Origin: Candidatus Binatia bacterium
GTDB lineage: Bacteria > Desulfobacterota > Binatia > UTPRO1
DNA length: 64,000 bases
Direction of reading: 5' to 3'
NCBI GenBank assembly: GCA_036496285.1
Contig: DASXLI010000055.1
Coordinates: forward strand, 3,692 to 67,691
Part shown: one piece after another, positions 58,315 through 64,000 of the stretch
Position numbering within the stretch: position 1 is the first letter of the stretch
Layout: each line of letters starts with the position of its first letter
Notes under the pieces: generated by a model
What the model was told of the DNA's origin: nothing
What the model saw: the letters and a program-made list of their open reading frames with translations, nothing else
Databases searched by the model: none
Made by a program: the position numbers and the translations under genes

Positions 58315-59544
58315 GTGAGCGCGGTGAGCACGGCCCCGTCCCCCGAGCGGAACGAGCGCCTGCGCGGCGATCTCGCATCGCTGCGCATCGAGCGCTCCGA
58401 TGCGCCACCCCGCGCGGCGCGGCGGCGTCGTCTGCTGTTGTGGAGCGCGCTCGCGGTCGCGGTGCTGGCGCTCCTCGGGGTCGCTCTCCGGCTGCGCGCG
58501 GGCGGCGCGCCGGAGGTGCAGGTCGTGCGCGCCGCGGCCGAGGAGGGCGGGAAGCCGGTGCGCGGCACCGTGCTCTCGGGCTCGGGCTACGTCGTGACTG
58601 GCGAGAAGTACATCTCGATCGGCGTCCGCGTCCCGGGGCGGATCGAGCGCTATTTCGTCGAAGAGGGGCAGTCGGTCCACGCCGGCGATCCGCTGGTCGC
58701 GCTCGACGACCGGGACTACCGCGCGGCCGTCGACCAGGCCGAGGCGTCGCTGCGCACCGCCGAGGCCAACCTCGTCCTGCACGAGAGCGACCTGCGCCGG
58801 GCGCAGGCCCTGCACGGGCGGAAGATCATCTCCGACCAGGAGCTCGAGCAGACGATCAACCGCGCTGCCGTCGACCGGGCCACGGTCGCGCAGCTGAAGG
58901 CACAGCTTGCGCAAGCGAAGGTGCAGCTCGACTACACCCTGCTGCGCGCACCGCGCGACGGCGTGATCCTCGCCAAGCAGAAGGAGGTGGGCGAGATCGC
59001 CGTGCCGGGCGGCTTCGAGGGCGCGGGCGACCTGATCCGTATGGCCAACCTCGAGGATCTGCGCGCCGAGGTCGACGTCAACGAGTCCGACCTGCACCGC
59101 ATCGCCATGGGGCAGGACGCCGAGGTGCTGCCGGACGCGTATCCCGGCGCGAGCTACCCCGCGCGGGTCGTGAAGCTGTATCCGCAGGTGAACCGCCAGA
59201 AGGGCACGCTCAAGGTCGAGGTGCAGATCCCGCAGCACGACGGCCGGCTGCTGCCGGACATGAGCGTGCGCATCAACTTCCTCGCCGAGGCGCGCCCGTC
59301 CGCATCGGGCGCACCGCTGCTGCTCGTGCCGCGCGCGGTGCTGCGCCAGGACGAGCGCGGCACCTTCGTCTGGACGATCGTCGATGGACGCGTGCGGCGC
59401 ACGCCGGTCACGGTCGGCACCGAGCTCGGCGACCGGGTGCAGATCACGCAGGGCGTGGGCGACGGCGACGCGCTCGTCGCAGGCGACGCGGCGAGGCTCA
59501 CCGACGGCGCCGCGGTGCGCGTCGCCGCCAACGCACCGCACTGA
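58315..59544 (+). CDS. HlyD-family periplasmic adaptor (membrane fusion protein)
   Basis: N-terminal TM anchor, coiled-coil region, then biotinyl/lipoyl-like and beta-barrel domains (LVALDDRDY..., TLLRAPRDGVIL). Confidence 0.8.
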   Translation: MSAVSTAPSPERNERLRGDLASLRIERSDAPPRAARRRRLLLWSALAVAVLALLGVALRLRAGGAPEVQVVRAAAEEGGKPVRGTVLSGSGYVVTGEKYISIGVRVPGRIERYFVEEGQSVHAGDPLVALDDRDYRAAVDQAEASLRTAEANLVLHESDLRRAQALHGRKIISDQELEQTINRAAVDRATVAQLKAQLAQAKVQLDYTLLRAPRDGVILAKQKEVGEIAVPGGFEGAGDLIRMANLEDLRAEVDVNESDLHRIAMGQDAEVLPDAYPGASYPARVVKLYPQVNRQKGTLKVEVQIPQHDGRLLPDMSVRINFLAEARPSASGAPLLLVPRAVLRQDERGTFVWTIVDGRVRRTPVTVGTELGDRVQITQGVGDGDALVAGDAARLTDGAAVRVAANAPH

Positions 59545-59567
59545 CCAACGAAAGGAACCCATCCGGC

Positions 59568-60338
59568 ATGGCATACGGGGCACTCGATCTGACGGGGAAG
59601 GTCGCGCTCATCACCGGCGGCAACAGCGGCATCGGCCTCGGCATGGCCGAGGCGCTCGCCGATGCGGGCGCGGCGGTCTGCATCTGGGGGACGAACGAGA
59701 CGAAGAACCGCGAGGCCGCGGCCGCGCTCGAGCAGCGCGGCGCGCGCGTCCATGCGCTGCGCTGCGACGTCGGCGACGAGGGCGAGGTCGAGCGCGCCTT
59801 CGCCCGGACGCTGGAGGCGTTTGGCAGGGTCGACGCGTGCTTCGCCAACGCCGGCGTCGGCGGTGCGGCGCCGTCCTTCGTCGAGATGACGACGGAGGAA
59901 TGGCGGCGCGTCCTGCGCGTCAACCTCGACGGCGTCTTCTTCACCTTTCGCGCGGCGGCGCGACACATGGTGGCCCGCGGCGGCGGAGGCTCGCTCGTCG
60001 TGACGGCGAGCCTTGCCGGGGTCGAGGGCATCGCGCGCGGCGAGCACTACGCCGCGACCAAGGGCGGCGTCATTGCGATGATGCGCGGGCTCGCCGTCGA
60101 GCTCGCCCGCCACGGCGTCCGCGCCAACGCCATCCTGCCGGGCTGGATCGATACCGCCATGACCGAGCACTCGCTCGGTAGCGACATCGTGCGTCGCAAG
60201 ATCCTGCCGCGCGTGCCGATGCGCCGCTGGGGGGAGCGCGCCGACTTCGGCGGCATCGCCGTCTACCTCGCGAGCGACGCGAGCGCCTACCACAGCGGCG
60301 ACACCATCGTCATCGACGGCGCCTATCGCGTCTTCTAG
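59568..60338 (+). CDS. SDR family oxidoreductase
   Basis: Motifs TGGNSGIGLG, NAG and YAATKGG (YxxxK). Confidence 0.85.
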   Translation: MAYGALDLTGKVALITGGNSGIGLGMAEALADAGAAVCIWGTNETKNREAAAALEQRGARVHALRCDVGDEGEVERAFARTLEAFGRVDACFANAGVGGAAPSFVEMTTEEWRRVLRVNLDGVFFTFRAAARHMVARGGGGSLVVTASLAGVEGIARGEHYAATKGGVIAMMRGLAVELARHGVRANAILPGWIDTAMTEHSLGSDIVRRKILPRVPMRRWGERADFGGIAVYLASDASAYHSGDTIVIDGAYRVF

Positions 60339-60345
60339 CCGGCGA

Positions 60346-60711
60346 TCAACGCACCTCTGAGCAGGTTCCGCTCGCTACGTCGCAAAACGTGGCTCGGAAG
60401 TCCTTTTTGTTTCCCTTGTCGATCGTGACCTTGCAGTAGTAATCACCGGCGGCGCCCAGGCCGAAGGTGGCCGGGCACGCCGTGTCCGGCAGGACCGGCT
60501 GGCAGTTGACGGAGCTGGCGTTCGCCGGTTGGGTCGCGGGAACGATCGCTACCGTGACCGTCCCGACGGTCTTCTTGCCGGCGTTGACGACCTCGCAGGT
60601 GACGGTGCCGCCGGCCGAGCTCAGAGCGCCCGAGACCATGACGGTCGCGGCGTGCGCGGAGCCTGCGGTTGCGACGAGAGCAGTCAGAGCGGCAACGGCG
60701 GAGCGAAGCAT
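60346..60711 (-). CDS. small secreted Cys-containing hypothetical protein
   Basis: Signal peptide AVAALTALVATAGSAHA. Six Cys in about 100 mature residues. No known domain. Confidence 0.45.
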   Translation of the reverse strand: MLRSAVAALTALVATAGSAHAATVMVSGALSSAGGTVTCEVVNAGKKTVGTVTVAIVPATQPANASSVNCQPVLPDTACPATFGLGAAGDYYCKVTIDKGNKKDFRATFCDVASGTCSEVR

Positions 60712-60747
60712 GGGGTCTCCCTTCGACGGCGCCTCCGGTCGCGGGGG

Positions 60748-61551
60748 TCAGAGCGGCGACTGGAGGTTGTGCACGAGGCCGAGGATCGTCTTGCGCGGCA
60801 GGAACGGGACGAGGCGGGCGAGGACGCGGTTGCGTGTGCCGGTGATGACCACGCGCTGGTTGGCCTTCCAGGCGCGGACGCCCTCGTCGGCGACGACGGC
60901 CGAGGGCATCGGCGTGCCGCCGGCGCGCGAAAGGCGCGTCTTGCCGGTGCCGGCGGTCTCGCGGAAGTTGCTGACGGTCGGGCCGGGGCAGAGGCAGCTC
61001 ACGCGGACGCCGGTGCCTTCGGCCTCCTTCCACAGCGCCTCGGAGAACGACAGCACGAACGCCTTCGACGCGTAGTAGATCGCCATCAGGGGCCCGGGCT
61101 GGAACGACGCGGTCGAGGCGACGTTCAGCACGCCGCCGCGCTTGTTGGCGAGCATGCGCGGCCAGTAGATGTGGGTCAGCTCGACCAGCGCCCGATCGTT
61201 CAGGTCGATCATGCCGAGCTGGCGCGTCCGGTCCGAGCCCTCGAAGGCGCCGGCGATGCCGTAGCCGGCGTTGTTGACGAGGACGTCGATCTGGATACCC
61301 GCGGCCGCGATCGCCGCCGCGAGCCTCTCGCCGGCGCCGGGGACGCCGAGATCGCTCGCGATCGCCGTCGCCTTGACGCCGTGCTGCTGCGCGAGGCGGG
61401 CGGCGACCTCCTTCAACGCGGGCTCGGAGCGCGCCGCGAGCACGAGGTCGTAGCCGTCGCGCGCGAAGCACTCGGCGAGATCGACCCCGATGCCCATGCT
61501 GGCCCCGGTGACGAGCACCGTCTGTCCCACGCCTTCTTTCGAGCTCGCCAT
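60748..61551 (-). CDS. SDR family oxidoreductase
   Basis: Motifs VTGASMGIG, NNAG and YYASKAF. Start trimmed to MASSKEG. Confidence 0.85.
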   Translation of the reverse strand: MASSKEGVGQTVLVTGASMGIGVDLAECFARDGYDLVLAARSEPALKEVAARLAQQHGVKATAIASDLGVPGAGERLAAAIAAAGIQIDVLVNNAGYGIAGAFEGSDRTRQLGMIDLNDRALVELTHIYWPRMLANKRGGVLNVASTASFQPGPLMAIYYASKAFVLSFSEALWKEAEGTGVRVSCLCPGPTVSNFRETAGTGKTRLSRAGGTPMPSAVVADEGVRAWKANQRVVITGTRNRVLARLVPFLPRKTILGLVHNLQSPL

Positions 61552-61597
61552 GGAAGTGCCTCCTGGCAGCGCATACACCGCTCGCGCGCTCCGCTCA

Positions 61598-61643
61598 ACG
61601 ACGCGCGCTCCGGCCCGACGACGCGCGCTCCGGCCCGGCGACG
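61598..61643. repeat. 20-bp perfect tandem direct repeat (ACGACGCGCGCTCCGGCCCG x2, plus a degenerate third partial copy)
   Basis: Read directly: the unit occurs at 61598-61617 and again at 61618-61637, followed by gcgacgctc. A partial echo (cgcgcgctccg) lies upstream at 61584-61594. It is intergenic, between the protease stop and the SDR start. Confidence 0.8.
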
Positions 61644-61645
61644 CT

Positions 61646-62797
61646 CTAGGGTCGCAGGTCCACCCCGAGGCGGGCGTGCGGCACGTCGATCACCACCCGG
61701 CTGAAGGCCTCGAGTTGGTTCGCCCCGAAGATGCCGTCGAGGGTGATGCGCGTGCCGTCGTCGGTGACGGTGGTGACGTCGTGCACGAAGACGGCGGCGT
61801 CGGTGAGCACGAGGACGTCGCCGTCGCTGGTCGGGATCTCGACGCGCTCGACGTGCCAGCCCGGCAGCGCCTGCTGCGTTCCCGAGATGCCGCCGACGGG
61901 CGCCGAGAGCGGCGCGGGCTCGTGGAGGCCGAGGCTCCTGGCCGTCGCGGTCGAGAGGATCGTCAGCGCCGAGCCGGTATCGACGAGCCAGTCGCCGCGC
62001 GCGCTGTGTCCGCCCTCGACGACGCGGACGCCGCGCAGCACCGGGTTCGGCGCCAGCGTGGGCGGGGTGCCGCGGTTCTTCGGGTCGTGATGGCGGGCGA
62101 AGTCGACGAGCGCGAGCGGCAGCCAGTGATCGGCGCGCACCGCGTCGCCGGCCTCGTGCAAGGTCACGCTCGCCGGCGCGAGGCCGCCGCCGGCGGGATG
62201 GAGCTCTGCGACCGCGCGCTGCAGGGCCGGCATGCCGACGACGTCGACGATGGCGCCCGGGCTCGCGAGCATGGCCTCGGGAGTGGCGGCGACGTCGTTC
62301 ACCAGGAGACGCTGCCCGTCCAGCACGATCGGCGACGGCGCGGCGCGCCGCCCGCGGCCTCCGTCCTCGTCGCCGCCGGCATCGAGCGCGAGGCCGTACG
62401 CCGCCGTCACCCCGAGCGCGTGATCGCCCGTCATGCCGGTCTCCGTCCAGCGCGCACCGCTCTCGCTGCGGACGCCGTAGCGCTGGGCCGTATCGTGCGA
62501 GAGGAGGGTGGCGCTCGCGCCGGTGTCGAGGATCGCGAGCACGGGCAGGTCGCCCATCAGCTCCGCCTCGCCGGCGTCCACCGGCTTGAGTGCCCGCCCG
62601 GCGCCGTCGCGCAGGTGGAGCGCGATCATCGGCGGCAGCAGGGTCGCGTCGGTCGCGGCGCGTACGGTGACGGATGCGGCGGCGGCCGGCGCGGCGTGCC
62701 CGGTGAGGGCGATCGTCACGAGGCAGGCCGTGAGCAGCGGACGCGGAGCACGCACCGTCTCATCCTGCGCGCCCGCCGCGCTGGGGAAAAGACGCAA
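61646..62797 (-). CDS. secreted bilobed retropepsin-like aspartic protease (two DTG-containing domains in one chain)
   Basis: Signal peptide, then ILDTGASATLL (first lobe) and LVDTGSALTIL (second lobe). About 383 aa. Confidence 0.6.
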   Translation of the reverse strand: MRLFPSAAGAQDETVRAPRPLLTACLVTIALTGHAAPAAAASVTVRAATDATLLPPMIALHLRDGAGRALKPVDAGEAELMGDLPVLAILDTGASATLLSHDTAQRYGVRSESGARWTETGMTGDHALGVTAAYGLALDAGGDEDGGRGRRAAPSPIVLDGQRLLVNDVAATPEAMLASPGAIVDVVGMPALQRAVAELHPAGGGLAPASVTLHEAGDAVRADHWLPLALVDFARHHDPKNRGTPPTLAPNPVLRGVRVVEGGHSARGDWLVDTGSALTILSTATARSLGLHEPAPLSAPVGGISGTQQALPGWHVERVEIPTSDGDVLVLTDAAVFVHDVTTVTDDGTRITLDGIFGANQLEAFSRVVIDVPHARLGVDLRP

Positions 62798-62806
62798 AAA
62801 CGCGGG

Positions 62807-63676
62807 TCAGCGGAGCGCGCTCGCCGTGCCGACGACCGTCTTCGTACCGTCCGGCTTCTCGCACCAGACGTCGAGCACGGTGCGGCGCCGGCTGCCCTCC
62901 GGCAGCTCGTCGCGCACCTTGCCACGGGTGACGAGCACGTCGCGCGGCCACACCACGTTCACGAGCCGCACATCGAGCTTCCCGGCGAGGTGCCAGCCGA
63001 TCCCGAACGCGTGCGCCATCAGCTCGGCGACGAAGCACACGGAGAGCATCCCCTGGACGACGATGTCGGGGAAGCCGAGCGCGCGCGCCATCTCCTCGTC
63101 AGTGTGGTAGTTCTTCTCCGGGCCCGAGAAGGCGACACACATCACGTGCGTGATCGTACGCTCGAGCGGCGCCACCTCCTCGCCGGGACCCTCACCGATC
63201 GTGAAGCGGCGATCAGGGCGCTTCTCGCGGTCGCGGTCGACGACGATCGCGCCGTGGCGCTCGGCGGCAAGGAAGCTCTGGTGCGTGCGGCTGCGCTGCA
63301 GCCAGCGTCCGTCCTCGTCGGTGATCAGCACCTCGTTCACGACGTAGTCGCGGTCGCGCTTGGCGTAGCGCTCGACGACGGTCGAGCGGGTGCGGACCGT
63401 CCGCCCGACGACGAGCGGGGCGTAGAGCTCCCACTCCTGGCGCGCGTGCAGGTTGCCGAAGACGTTCGGCAGGTACCACGAGAGGCTGCGGTACACCTCG
63501 GAGTGGTAGAGCAGCGCGGGCGCGACGCGTGCGCCGTCCACCTGGAGACCGGCGGCGGGCCCCCCGGTGCCGGCCTCGTAGCGGGCAATCGTCGCCTGGT
63601 CGACCGCGACGGCGCGGCCGCCGAGATCCTTGCCGACGTGCACCTCATGTTGGGGGAAGAACGTGCTCGCGTCCAT
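62807..63676 (-). CDS. double hotdog-fold dehydratase (FAS1-like dehydratase N-domain plus MaoC-like C-domain)
   Basis: About 290 aa, start trimmed to MDASTFFPQH. The MaoC-like region (GEGPGEEVAPLERTITHV...) carries conserved hotdog residues. Confidence 0.7.
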   Translation of the reverse strand: MDASTFFPQHEVHVGKDLGGRAVAVDQATIARYEAGTGGPAAGLQVDGARVAPALLYHSEVYRSLSWYLPNVFGNLHARQEWELYAPLVVGRTVRTRSTVVERYAKRDRDYVVNEVLITDEDGRWLQRSRTHQSFLAAERHGAIVVDRDREKRPDRRFTIGEGPGEEVAPLERTITHVMCVAFSGPEKNYHTDEEMARALGFPDIVVQGMLSVCFVAELMAHAFGIGWHLAGKLDVRLVNVVWPRDVLVTRGKVRDELPEGSRRRTVLDVWCEKPDGTKTVVGTASALR

Positions 63677-64000
63677 GCTCGTGCGACCTCCTAGCAGCGG
63701 TGCGACGCCGATCACAACCCACGGTTGCGGTGGCTGCGACGCTCGTGCGAAGAACCTGATCGTGCTGCGCCTCGTCTTCGTGATCGCGGTCGCCGTCTGG
63801 CTCGGGACCATAGTCTGCTTCTCGTACGTCGTGCTGCCCGCGATCCACCGCACCAGCGCCCCGGGCGACGCTACGCGCCTCCTGCGCCGGCTCTTCCCGC
63901 GCTACTACTACGCCGGGATCGGCTGCGGCTTCGTCGCGCTGGCGGCGGTCTCGATCGCGCGCTCGGCCGGGCTGCCCGTGTCGGAGGCCATGCGCCTCGC
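63675..64000 (+). CDS. DUF4149-like small membrane protein, 3' end truncated by the window edge; start uncertain
   Basis: Open frame with KNLIVLRLVFVIAVAVWLGTIVCFSYVVLPAIHRT...RLFPRYYYAGIGCGFVALAAV. No stop before the window end. The only in-frame ATG overlaps the divergent dehydratase start. Confidence 0.3.
   Translation, partial: MLVRPPSSGATPITTHGCGGCDARAKNLIVLRLVFVIAVAVWLGTIVCFSYVVLPAIHRTSAPGDATRLLRRLFPRYYYAGIGCGFVALAAVSIARSAGLPVSEAMRL

Overview
This is a high-GC (about 70%) bacterial chromosomal segment that is densely coding on both strands. Gene content (Myxococcus-type Cys-rich repeats, a PrkA-YeaH-SpoVR module, many FG-GAP/BNR secreted proteins) suggests a Myxococcota-like deltaproteobacterium. 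Housekeeping genes include dnaB, thiE, an NtrB/NtrC-type sigma-54 two-component pair, ispF, opgGH, korAB and two thiolases, plus beta-oxidation-like enzymes. The most unusual content is a complete but rearranged ebo ('eustigmatophyte/bacterial operon', eboA-F) gene set split into two convergent operons. It has been augmented with two tandem paralogous GT87/DUF2029-like polyprenyl-dependent membrane glycosyltransferase-like genes and a sulfotransferase. This looks like an undescribed variant of a lipid-linked cyclitol/sugar 'metabolite traffic' pathway. Two otherwise unrelated large secreted repeat proteins (a BNR/Ycf48-like protein and an FG-GAP/VCBS beta-propeller protein) share a roughly 170-aa Cys-containing C-terminal module of unknown function, and each sits directly upstream of a thiolase gene. 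Other notable items are a bilobed retropepsin-like secreted aspartic protease, a frameshifted aldehyde dehydrogenase, a gene-decay zone (epoxide hydrolase remnant plus a receiver-domain fragment), a MacAB-like ABC exporter with heterodimeric FtsX permeases, and many GTGA/ATGA/TTGA start-stop overlaps. I recognised no rRNA, tRNA, CRISPR array or mobile element. The many long antisense Arg/Ala/Pro-rich ORFs in the six-frame track are treated as high-GC artefacts.
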